A DNA stretch of 63,562 nt, the filler included. It is 11 parts of 11 records of this genome, joined end to end, with 100 filler letters (N's around TTAATTAATTAA, not from the genome) between each part and the next. Parts side by side here need not be neighbours in the genome. Positions count along the whole stretch, not along the records: positions 1 to 9,980 come from SRR15195285_834; 10 more parts are not named here. One strand, given 5' to 3'. The stretch's first letter is position 1; each line of letters opens with the position of its first letter. The notes under the pieces were generated by a model that worked only from the letters and a program-made list of their open reading frames with translations, was not told the origin of the DNA and made no database searches. A program made the position numbers and the translations under genes. Shown in pieces: positions 1 through 10,080 of the stretch.

Positions 1-37
1 GACACGGTATTCCAGCGCGCTGAGCCTGCACGAGCGC

Positions 38-1991
38 ATGGTCGGCACAGGACTCGTCGCCCTCGGCAGAATCAGCTTTCCTGGCAAGTGTAGGCTGTCG
101 AATATGCATGACAATGTGGAGAACGTACTGTCGCGAGGGCGCGAACTTGCCGAGTACTATACAAAACTCCTCGGCGCTGCGGCCGAGGAGCCTGATGCGC
201 AGACCTGGGTCGAGGAGGAGCTGTTGCGAAGACCACGTGGGCTCGCAGGAGAGGCACTGAACCCAGAAGCTGTCACGTGTCTGTTTTTGAACGGTGTGGT
301 TGCCTTCCAGTGCGACGACAAAGCACCACTGCTGTTGTGGTGCAAAGCAGGCAACATTCTTGAGGTAGCAACGAGCCCACCCGATGCAGCCGTGGCCCAG
401 ATCAGCGCCACGCAGCAGGTTTGGGAACGGTGCGTCAAAGCCTTACTGCAGTCCAGCCCTCCTCGCCAACACGTCGGCCCCGAGATCGCGTCGCAGGCAC
501 TCGACAATGAAATCGATTCGGCTGCACTGCCTCCACCAGCCGCAGCAGACCACAAGCCGCGACCCGAGATCACAGGAGCTCGGCTCCGCCATGGGCTACT
601 TCACACTGGCCTGAGCGTTCGTGTGGAATACAAAGCGACACACTGCAAAACCGTCCAGCTGCGGTGGTTTCGCCGCAAGCCGTTGGATACATCTCGCACG
701 AAGCGTCTGGGTCGATCTGGGCTGCATGATCAGCTCGCACCGATGACTTATATTGATGGAGCCCGTGATCGGGCCGAGTATACACTGTCGCCACTAGACG
801 TTGGGTGCACCGTTGGCTGCGAGTGCATTGGGATTGGTGATGCCGCAGGTACGATCTCCAACGACAGTTCGCCTACGTTGGTCGAACAATTGCGAGGCAG
901 TGGTAAGGTTGGGTACGCCCCAACTGTACTATCGATGACGTCTTCGTGTGCGTACGAGCGCTCATCTGAGCGACTTAGTTTCCTGTGCATACATTGCAAA
1001 CAGAATAATGATTGTCAGCGTCACTCATGTAGCACATCACCTGGACAGTCTGGCGATAGGAATTCTGGCCTGACTGCTGACGCCCGGTGCATGCAGACCT
1101 TGAGTCGATAAGAACCAACAGATCGGGGCTGCGTACTGCGGGACTGGCATCGAGAAAGTTCAAAGAAAGTGCCGCTGGCGTGCAGTGGAACTGTGTAGCT
1201 GTTGGGTGAGCTTGTGCTTACTACTAGCTTCTGTATTGTAGAACTCCAAACGCTGTATTTCTACATGATGCGTGTGGTCTTGTTGCACCTCTCAGCGCTG
1301 CGTGCAACTGTCTGACTGTGCCCTTGCTTTTGTTGGTTTACACGCCACTCAAATGCGTTGCCACACCAGGATGGGCGGGGAAGAGGAATGCCGAGCTGCC
1401 TTCGCTCTGTTTGATGCGGACTCATCTGGTACAATTGACGAGAATGAGCTTCGCGAGCTTGCAGCACAACTTGGGGCTAGCATGAGTGCTGACGACGTGC
1501 GCGCAGTTATGCATGAAATCGATGTGGACGGGTCTGGTGAAATTGATGTAGAAGAGTTTACAGCATGGTGGACCAAAGATGCTAAAGCAAGAGGGCTAGG
1601 CGCACGTAGTGGTGGTAGTCCTGGTTTAGGTAGCGTGTCGCTGCTGGCTGGCTTGAGAACGAAGGTAAAGGGTGCAGTGCATACTGCTGAACGCACCGTA
1701 TTGATTTCGGGCAGCAAACTCAAGCTACAGGTCGATTACCAGAGCACTGGAGCGGCCGGAGGACGAGCCACGCTCGCGAAATGGGAATTCAAACAGGTTG
1801 AAGTCATACTGAACGAGTCCACTGATCGTTTTGAACTTCGAGGATGTGGAGAGAAAACGGTCGCTGACAAGTCGTTTCTGTTACAGATGAGGCGGCAAGC
1901 AGGCAAACAAGCTCAAGCGAGCGACGAGAGAGACGCACTATACTACTGCTGGCGTGTTTTGAGCGGCGCTGAGCAGCTAGACTACGGTTGA
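38..1991 (+). CDS. Ig-like (AIR9/SCAB-type) + EF-hand pair + PH-like domain protein, 3 exons
   Basis: Phase-consistent GT-AG model with exons 38-902, 1097-1205 and 1370-1991. Exon 1 has an A9/Ig-like pattern (LRWFR...IDGARDRAEYTLSPLDVGCTVGCEC). Exon 3 has two canonical EF-hand loops (DADSSGTIDENE, DVDGSGEIDVEE), then a beta-rich region ending in the helix ERDALYYCWRVL. The start codon is uncertain. Confidence 0.7.
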
Positions 1992-2911
1992 GTGTCACCG
2001 GTCAGAGGGCCACCGTCACTCGTACTGGGATGCACCATAGTAGCTACTATGCTACCTTGATGACTACTTGCGCAGATAGAGAACTGATGTACTAGTAGAA
2101 AGGCGCCGGCCCGAAGCGGTACATTTAGCGCTGCATTAGCGCTGCGCAAGTGGGCACAGCCATTGATCACGTGCCCTACATGCTTTGCATACCCAGTACT
2201 TTGAGCGGTCAAACGGGTTCAGCGGCATGTTGTACAATCGCAATCAAGGCGGGCTATCTTTGTTGTATCATTCAGGAGCACCGTGGCAACATTATGGCAT
2301 CGGGCTAGGCCAGGCTCCTAGGAACCCCTGGTAAGAGTGTTTACTAGATAATTATAGCAATTGAGGGTGTGCCCAGTGGGAGGGCTCGAGCGACATCTGA
2401 AGCAAATTAGCCGTGTCCTTCTCAGCAGCTGTGGATACCTTGAGAACGACGTGAGATCTTTCTAATCTCATTCCCACGGCCTACCTAATTCAATATCGAA
2501 CGCCGGCTGCCTTACGTATCGCACAACAGTATCTGGCTGGCACTACCTGATAGTTTCATGTGCGAGTGTTTGTGCTTGTAACAACAACTGCATTTGGTAG
2601 CTAGTTGCCTACCGTCTACGAAAAATTGAAACTGAATAGTCAGGTACGAAGAGAATGCACTCTGTCAAAATACTGTAGCAGTAATTGCCAATATATTGAC
2701 TACACTATAGAATAGCCTACAGCCGTAGAGAGTTCCGACTACAAAGAAGCACTTGTGCGAGCAGACACGGTGACGTCGCCTTCGAGGGAGACAGTAGCTT
2801 GCATCGCGATGCCCTGCATAGCCAGATAATACACCTTGATTAGTAGTTGTTGAGTTGTCTGTGAACAGGTTGGAGTGATGCAATCTACCAATACTACGGT
2901 GTTGGAATCTG

Positions 2912-4236
2912 TCAGGCTCGACGTGCAGCGTTGATCGGCAGGCTCGCAATACACTGGGTATGTTTGCAATAGCTAAATACTAACCTTGGTGAAGGTGTAG
3001 TGTGCATATTGCAGCAACTCGCGAGTGTTCGGGCTAAGCCGCTGCAGAACATCACTCGAAAACTCGATGGAGCCACCGAGATGTTGGGAGTGGTAGCGGA
3101 GGCCAACAACGTGGCGTGGACGGTCCTTTGGGGTCCACGGCAACACCCCATGAGTCGTGGCTTCCTACCAGAATGCACATGTTCCGAGGCTGCGCGTCAC
3201 CAGGCTGCCCACAAGAGTGAGGTATGTTAGCTCGGAGAACAGGAGGCTTGGAGACGCACTGGCATGAGCATGATTGAACCTGCACGCATTGTGATTGGCA
3301 GCATGCCTTGACGCGTAAAGCTTTCGGGAAGGGGCCAAGCATTTGGCTTGCCGAACCTGCAATGAACCCAAAGAACGAATCGAACAGCCACGACGAGAGC
3401 AAATGCAAATCATCATTATCGCCAGTGCTCCTCATAAAGAAAAAATTCGGTGCGTACTCAGACTCTTGCTTTTCGCGCATGGACCTTCTCGAGCCCATTC
3501 CTGTAGCAGTTCGGACACGTTGGTCAACACCAACACACTGCACTTATAGCTAAGATGTTCATACCGTAGCCACCGTACAGCCCAGGTGGCCGGACGAAAT
3601 TGTTTTTGTGTGAGCCAGGAAGTACAGCAAGACCACCATCTCCTTCGTGGACATCGGTGAGGTAGATAAACACGATCATGTCGTTGGCTCGCAGTTGGCC
3701 CTCACGGAAATCGACCTCAAATGTCGCGCTCTCGGTGCCCCAATCCTCTCGCGCGCAGTGAAGATGGCCACCACTCCCGTGGACGTGACCATGGCCTGCG
3801 ATCGGATCATCTTGGATGAATTGTGTACCCTTGAGTTTAGGTTTGCCATTCAACAGCTCCATTACGGTTGGCCAGAAAACCCGGTGAAAGCATAAACCTT
3901 CGAGGTCTTTGTTGAACGCCCACAGGGGAATCTGACGCGGAGGCGCTGTTGCCATATACTGCTGCACACCTGCTTGGCAGGCTTGCAGCTCGCTCGGCGA
4001 AAGCGCTCCGTCAAACAGCAAAACTACATGCCAGGGAGCGCATGGGCCAGATCAGAGGCATGCCTTTGCGATTGTACATATCGCCGCCTGCTTGCGGTGG
4101 CCGCACGTGGAGCCAGTTTCAACGCGTGTGCACACTTACAGCCCTGCATATCGAGCAGAAACCGCTGCTCCTCGGTCATCCCTTGCACGACGGGCTCGAT
4201 CGCCTCCTCGAACATGAGCGGTCGCCGCGACACCAT
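2912..4236 (-). CDS. Phytanoyl-CoA dioxygenase (PhyH)-family Fe/2-oxoglutarate dioxygenase, multi-exon
   Basis: Spliced pieces give MTEEQRFLLDMQG..FDGALSPSEL, HLH, VFIYLTDVHEGDGGLAVLPGSHK, MRAGSIMLMP|EATTHGVLPW and RHVVGLRY, which are typical PhyH motifs. The 5' and 3' ends are approximate. Confidence 0.85.
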
Positions 4237-5047
4237 GCTCGAGAGTGAGGTAGTGGTCTGCTTTTGCCCGCGATTGGTTGCGCTGCCGGCGTCGATCTTG
4301 GCTGCAGTGATGGCAGTTAGCTCTGCTGCGGACGTCATCAACGCGATCAGTTCTATTCGAAGTGTAGAGCGTGTGGCTGCGGGGACCGAGCACACTGCTA
4401 GCGCAGTGGGCGAGCGCCGTCAACCTCCTCCGTCGTTCAGTGGTTCAGGCTCATCCTCAGTTGCGATCGTTTTCGACGTGTCGACGGACGGACACGCGCA
4501 CAGGATGTACGCGTACGTACGCGCGATACTATCGGACGCGACACGCCGCGCGCGGCGCCGGCGGATCGCCGCGCGCGCGGACGCGGCGCGGCGCCATACA
4601 TGTACTAGTACCTACTACATGTAGTACGCGTGCGCATGCAGCTGCTGTACCGTACTATACCGGGTATATATAGAGTATATACCTGAAGGTACATGTACCG
4701 CGCGGTACATTTTTTTGAAAAAAAAGGATAAATGCCAGGATCGGCCTGCATGCGTGCGATCATTACGGGAGACCGGCGCGTACCGCAACGGAGCCGAGGT
4801 GACGCGCCTGTACGACATCAACAGTCAACCTCGGCGGGCTGTGCTTTGATGCCATATGTCATGGTGGGCGCGCCCCTTAGGATGCTCCTTTGCGCATTTG
4901 TGTCGTCCACACGGAGATTCATTGGGCATTCACTAGGGTTCGAGCTACGCCTTGGTCCAGCCAAGTGCTGAAAATGACTTAATGTGACTGTTGAAATTGA
5001 CCCGCATCAATCTGTGTGATTATTGAAACTGACTCAATGTGCGGTGT

Positions 5048-8000
5048 TCACTGGTTCCGTGCCTGGCGCTGTTCGTACCTGTATTTGCGCTTCAAACTTG
5101 CATTAAACGCCGCTCCGCCGACGAGAATGTTGCTTTCGCTCGCCAATTGTTTCTTCAGCGCCTCGCTGAACTTGTCCAAGACTTCAGAAGTGTCAAAATC
5201 TCCGATGTGTTCTTTGCGAATTTGAAGAGCTTTGCTTTGTAGAATGCGTTTTTGCGACGACACTCGGAGTCGTATTTTTGGATTCAAGAGGTTGCGAACA
5301 ACAGTGTCACGCATCGTTTTCTGTAATGCTGTCAAGTTCCGACTTTCGATGATGACCTCTTGCCAGAAGCCACATTCGTCCGACAACAACTCGTCAAGTT
5401 TATGCGCGGTAATTGAGCCATGCAACAAATGCCCGAGTGCTTGAATCCGCTCTGGCCACTTCGGCTTTGGAGGATAGCAAGAGTTCGCGATATGAAGCAG
5501 AGTCCAATATGAGAGACGTGATTCGTGAGCAAAAGCCGTGAACGCGGTCGCTGCAGCCTCAGTACCTGAGAAGAAGACTTCTCGCTCTAGCTCTGGATAA
5601 TAACCTCGGTTGTTGAAAATGTCACTGAACAAATGCGACCACAGGATAAGAATCCTGTCGCCTGCGTCGCTCTGCAGAGACAGGTCATCAGCTTGAAGGA
5701 AATCAGCCTCCAGAGAGTGGGTCGCAAGGAGAATGTGCTGGCACAGTAGCTTTTCGCGCATCTGGACGCTGCCGGCAACCTCCAGGCTGTTGTATCCGAA
5801 ACGAGACGCCCAGCACAGAGTATTGACCAACTCTTTCGGAAAAACTGACGAGTGCCCCAGCTCGCCTGATAAAGCAACACCAAGTGGTGTTTTGTTGTCT
5901 AGTTTACAAAAGCGGAACTCTTTCCAAGCTGACACATAGAATGGATCTTTGTCGTCAGTAATCTTGACGTCAGGCTGCTTGTGCTTGATGCAGTGCTGAG
6001 CCACCTTGTCGGCGTCCGATAGGTTGATCATAGTACGAAGCTGTCCACGAAGAGACTGCTGCTGACTTTCTGTGAGGCTTTTCTTTTTACTGAGCATTTC
6101 GTTCAGTACTGAGCCACGGGATGCATCGATCAAGTCGCTGAATCTCTTCCAATCGGTAACAGGGTGAGAGCTCCACGACTTGACCGTCGACTGCCAATCA
6201 ACCGTAAACCCTCGCTGCAAGGCAAGAATCATCTTGTGGATCTCACTGGGGTTGGTGACTGCACACCTGACTTCGCACGCGTTGAGATCACAAGTTTCCG
6301 GTTCAAAGCTGCACTGTGGAAACTTCATAGGGAGGTCCACAATTCGCATGTGTGAACGCAATAGTCCGCAGCAGGTTATCATCCGCTTGTTGGCTGTGGC
6401 TTCACCACCTTGCATGGTGCGTTTTAGCACAAACATGGCACGCACATACATATACTCAATCCAGAAGGTGAGTCGGACGAGAGGGTGGCAAGGCTGCAGG
6501 TCTTTCCGGCCTACAGACGGTGCACCTTCCATCCCTGTCTTCCGTTGCTGTGTTGGCAAGGTGAACTCTGGATAAGACAGCGATGCTGTGGCACTCTGCT
6601 CTGCAACTTCGGTACTGTCAGTCAGCGCTGCACAGACCAACAAACGCATCGTGGCTGTTTTGCCTTTCGCAACACGAGTTTCGGATAAACCTCGGCCGCC
6701 CCAGCAGTCCTCAAGTCCAGATATTGCTCGGTCACGGGCAGCGTCGGCACCGAGCTTGAGGACGTTAAATAATTCCTCGATCTTGGCGTCGTTCAACTCA
6801 TCCAAGTATACACCATCCAGCACTCGCTTGCAGCTATCATGGTAGTCGACAGCTCCATCTTGGAACAGTTTGGCTTTGAAGTCAAGCAGTTCGTGAACAA
6901 AGTCCTTGCAGAATTGCAGTGGCAACGTCGGTTGCTTCTTCTGGAGCAGGTAACTCAAACGTCGCACCTTCTGATTTATATTTGGGTCGGTGGGGGCAGT
7001 TTGTGTGTACGCCTTGACATATTCTGGTATTGGTCGCATAGACATCATCTCGTCACCAAACAGGCTGCGAGTTGAGCGTACCCACAGGTAGATAAAGATT
7101 AGGATATCTGCGCTGTGCTGTACCAGAGAAGCATTGTTTCTTTGCTGGATCGCAATCGAGCTAAGAGCCTCCGTTTTAATTAGCTTCCGCAAGCTTCCAC
7201 GGGTCTCGATGACATTTTCCATGGGTCCTCCCCCTGTTCCGTCGTGTGGCATGTCCTTGAAAAGATCGTAATCGGTCTCGTCTAGACGATTCGCAACCAT
7301 CACAAGCTTACCCTTGTCCAAATTTTGCTTCGCCCACTCGAGTAGCTGCGACTTCTGTTCGAGTGACATCATATGGTACTCATCCAGTACCAGAACACTG
7401 TCCCGAGCTTGCGCAAATTCTGCGAGTACAACTTGTAATTCTTGGGTCAGGGCGACTCGCACGAAGTCGTCGCTGGATCCATCCAGTCGCTTGTACTTCT
7501 GACGACTATTCTCCGTCAACGATTTGACTGTGTTTTCGAGATAGTGAGTCTTTCCAATTCCGGGATCACCGCTTAGCATAACCCACCTCGAGCTGCCACT
7601 AGTTCCAACGCGGCTTTGAATTGTGTCTTCCATTTTCCAGTCCTTCATACTGTGCCACTGTGCGTATTCAATAGGATCTCCTACGCCATCTTGATTTGTC
7701 AGCCAGGCGTACGGCGTTACCATGTGTACTTTGTCGCGCAGCCAAGGCTCTGCACTATCTGCCCCTGGCAGGTTGCAAAACCATTCGAATCTCTTGCTCT
7801 TTAGATGCAGTCCTGATTTCACCGCTTTGTTTTCTGTAGTGCTACTGTAGAGTGACGCGCTAGGATCACCCAGTTTCACTGCTCTGTCCATATTTTCAAC
7901 CAAATTCCACGTCGTGTTGACATCCTCAAAAAATACAAATTGCCACGGGTTCCGTTGCGTGTATTCTGCCAGCCATTTGAACAGCGTGTCGTCGACAGTT

Positions 8001-9973
8001 TTTAGCCCAGATACATAGACAAAGCAGCAGCCATCTTTTTGCCTCAGTTCTTTCAATATTTTGATGTACATTCCGGATGTGGAGCAGCTCTTGTGCTTGT
8101 ACTCCATGGAAAGGTCACACAGTGCAAAGTTTGCATACTTTGATAGAGTCTCCTTGAAATTCTTGCTCACGAAGGTGATCCCGTACTGCCCCTTCCCGCC
8201 ACGTTTGATGATCTGATTGAGTTCCTTCGCGTCTCTGCCACTGCCATCCCACATGTGAAGCACGCGGCGTTCCTTAGAGTAAGTATCTGGACAACGATCA
8301 AGCAGTGCTTTGAAGCAAACCCTTTCTTCTTTTGTAGCGAATGTGGTCTCGCCCAGGTGCATGTCTTGTGTAAATTCATCGCCATGCAGCAACAGCACAT
8401 GGATGATTCGTTGCTTCAGGCCCACACTTAGAGGCGAACGTAAACAGTCCAAAACCCATTTCATCCTGAGTTCTTTGCTCTCATTTTCGTTGCCTGTATC
8501 TTCACCATCGGCAAGACGATGTACCCGTGACGTCCTGGCCGAGGCGGCTGAACGATAAGCGGCACTTTCGTCGGAGCCAGAGGAATAGCTAGGCGAGTCG
8601 GCCCTATCTCCCGTAGAACTTACACCAGTGCCCGTGCTGGTGTCGTTGCTATCATTGCCGCGCCCAAAGTGGAAAACGGGCACGCTGGTTGCCCCGGTCG
8701 CCGCCGCATCGCCACCACGAGAAGAGCATGCACTAGATGTGGGAGGGACGGCGATGCCATCAAATGTAGCTGCTGGCGGTGTAAAGTTGAACTGACTGGC
8801 GCCCGTTGCCGCTGTTCCGAGCGGCTCGGAAGGGGTCAGATCCACCGCAGGTGTATCTTGTCCTTTGTTGTCTGCCTGCATCGGCGCAGGTTTGCTGCCA
8901 TCGAATGCGCTCTGATGAACAATGTACATTATTGGCCATCCGTTGCGCCTCGAGTAGGTTACTTCTTGCTCCGAGGGATCCAGAAATACAAGCTTGTTGC
9001 AATCTGGGCCCATTACACTTCCGACTGAGTAAGTCTGTTTCCAGTGTCGTTTGCCATAGCCTTTATGCAGCTGTTTGGCAGCTTCAAACTCTTCTGTGGA
9101 CCACCTCACGCGCGCAAATACTTTGCTCGGGTCTGGTGGCTTGTGCTCGTCCAAAAATGATGTCCACAGAGTGGCATTATCGATAGCTGGGCAATCTTCG
9201 GATGCACAGTGGATGGTGGTATCATCCGAGGACAAGTCCTCGCCCCAGCCGTCACCGTCATTCGTATCGTCATCATCCTCATCATCATCCTCCATGCCGG
9301 TGCCAATGCCGTCCCATGCCCACAACGTATCGTCGTCCAGAGTTTCCCATGCCACCTCAGAGACACTGTCGTCGTCATTTAATCCAAAGCAGACATTCGT
9401 TACGATGCTTTCGGATTTGAGCAAAAATGACTTTCCTTTCAGCCTGATTATCTGCTCAATGTTGTCTCCTTCTCCATCGTGATCATCGCCACTAGCCAAT
9501 ATACACCTGACAAGCTGGAAGCTGCGCGAGTCTCTCATCAACAAGTTGGTAAGAGCGATGAACGTTGGTGTGGGGCAAAGCAATAACATGCCTTTGCGAA
9601 TATCCCTTAAATTTCGGCCCCTCAGCTCCGATGGAAGCTGATGTGTTGCAGGACCTGGACCAAGTTTTGCAGCGGCTTCAATCTTCTTGTTGAAGGACTT
9701 GATATGTGTCACTCCATTTTGCAGCGCAGTTCGCATTGCCGTCAGGTATTTCCAAATGCAACGAGTACAGTCAGCAGCTGCTTCCCGGACGCTCCGATTA
9801 TCCAGTCCACGGTACCAGTCCCACACATTCTGCTCGTGTGGCCTCCATATGCACTCTGGAAATTTCTTGACCTTCATGAGTTGGTGCGAAATTTTCTGTG
9901 CACTTGCCACAAATGTAGGCTCAAGCATACTGAATACTGCTCCAGAGAGGGTCACTTCTTTAGCGCCACGGAC
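5048..9973 (-). CDS. Large P-loop NTPase (AAA+-like) protein of unknown function, 5'-partial
   Basis: Uninterrupted 1635-aa ORF. Walker A GDPGIGKT (~7548-7571), Walker B VLVLDEYH (~7372-7395) and sensor-1-like LVMVAN. The frame runs towards the contig edge, with a CCACAG acceptor-like site just inside it. Confidence 0.75.
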   Translation of the reverse strand, partial: VRGAKEVTLSGAVFSMLEPTFVASAQKISHQLMKVKKFPECIWRPHEQNVWDWYRGLDNRSVREAAADCTRCIWKYLTAMRTALQNGVTHIKSFNKKIEAAAKLGPGPATHQLPSELRGRNLRDIRKGMLLLCPTPTFIALTNLLMRDSRSFQLVRCILASGDDHDGEGDNIEQIIRLKGKSFLLKSESIVTNVCFGLNDDDSVSEVAWETLDDDTLWAWDGIGTGMEDDDEDDDDTNDGDGWGEDLSSDDTTIHCASEDCPAIDNATLWTSFLDEHKPPDPSKVFARVRWSTEEFEAAKQLHKGYGKRHWKQTYSVGSVMGPDCNKLVFLDPSEQEVTYSRRNGWPIMYIVHQSAFDGSKPAPMQADNKGQDTPAVDLTPSEPLGTAATGASQFNFTPPAATFDGIAVPPTSSACSSRGGDAAATGATSVPVFHFGRGNDSNDTSTGTGVSSTGDRADSPSYSSGSDESAAYRSAASARTSRVHRLADGEDTGNENESKELRMKWVLDCLRSPLSVGLKQRIIHVLLLHGDEFTQDMHLGETTFATKEERVCFKALLDRCPDTYSKERRVLHMWDGSGRDAKELNQIIKRGGKGQYGITFVSKNFKETLSKYANFALCDLSMEYKHKSCSTSGMYIKILKELRQKDGCCFVYVSGLKTVDDTLFKWLAEYTQRNPWQFVFFEDVNTTWNLVENMDRAVKLGDPSASLYSSTTENKAVKSGLHLKSKRFEWFCNLPGADSAEPWLRDKVHMVTPYAWLTNQDGVGDPIEYAQWHSMKDWKMEDTIQSRVGTSGSSRWVMLSGDPGIGKTHYLENTVKSLTENSRQKYKRLDGSSDDFVRVALTQELQVVLAEFAQARDSVLVLDEYHMMSLEQKSQLLEWAKQNLDKGKLVMVANRLDETDYDLFKDMPHDGTGGGPMENVIETRGSLRKLIKTEALSSIAIQQRNNASLVQHSADILIFIYLWVRSTRSLFGDEMMSMRPIPEYVKAYTQTAPTDPNINQKVRRLSYLLQKKQPTLPLQFCKDFVHELLDFKAKLFQDGAVDYHDSCKRVLDGVYLDELNDAKIEELFNVLKLGADAARDRAISGLEDCWGGRGLSETRVAKGKTATMRLLVCAALTDSTEVAEQSATASLSYPEFTLPTQQRKTGMEGAPSVGRKDLQPCHPLVRLTFWIEYMYVRAMFVLKRTMQGGEATANKRMITCCGLLRSHMRIVDLPMKFPQCSFEPETCDLNACEVRCAVTNPSEIHKMILALQRGFTVDWQSTVKSWSSHPVTDWKRFSDLIDASRGSVLNEMLSKKKSLTESQQQSLRGQLRTMINLSDADKVAQHCIKHKQPDVKITDDKDPFYVSAWKEFRFCKLDNKTPLGVALSGELGHSSVFPKELVNTLCWASRFGYNSLEVAGSVQMREKLLCQHILLATHSLEADFLQADDLSLQSDAGDRILILWSHLFSDIFNNRGYYPELEREVFFSGTEAAATAFTAFAHESRLSYWTLLHIANSCYPPKPKWPERIQALGHLLHGSITAHKLDELLSDECGFWQEVIIESRNLTALQKTMRDTVVRNLLNPKIRLRVSSQKRILQSKALQIRKEHIGDFDTSEVLDKFSEALKKQLASESNILVGGAAFNASLKRKYRYEQRQARNQ

Positions 9974-9980
9974 CTGTGGC

Positions 9981-10080
9981 NNNNNNNNNNNNNNNNNNNN
10001 NNNNNNNNNNNNNNNNNNNNNNNNTTAATTAATTAANNNNNNNNNNNNNNNNNNNNNNNNNNNNNNNNNNNNNNNNNNNN
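9981..10080. other. Artificial contig-joining spacer (N44-TTAATTAATTAA-N44). Identical spacers at 15300-15399, 19038-19137, 25301-25400, 29522-29621, 41257-41356, 44774-44873, 51801-51900, 56317-56416 and 59439-59538
   Basis: The same 100-nt structure occurs ten times, and TTAATTAATTAA gives stops in all six frames. Confidence 0.99.

Noticed and set aside
2000-2900. Search for tRNA, rRNA or snoRNA in this and other intergenic regions
   Set aside because: No cloverleaf or rRNA-like sequence was seen. The TGATGA...CTGA pair near 2058-2088 is too close together for a C/D snoRNA.
9981-10080. Regularly recurring TTAATTAATTAA element as a biological repeat or CRISPR-like array
   Set aside because: It is always embedded in exactly 44+44 Ns and gives six-frame stops, so it is an assembly concatenation linker.
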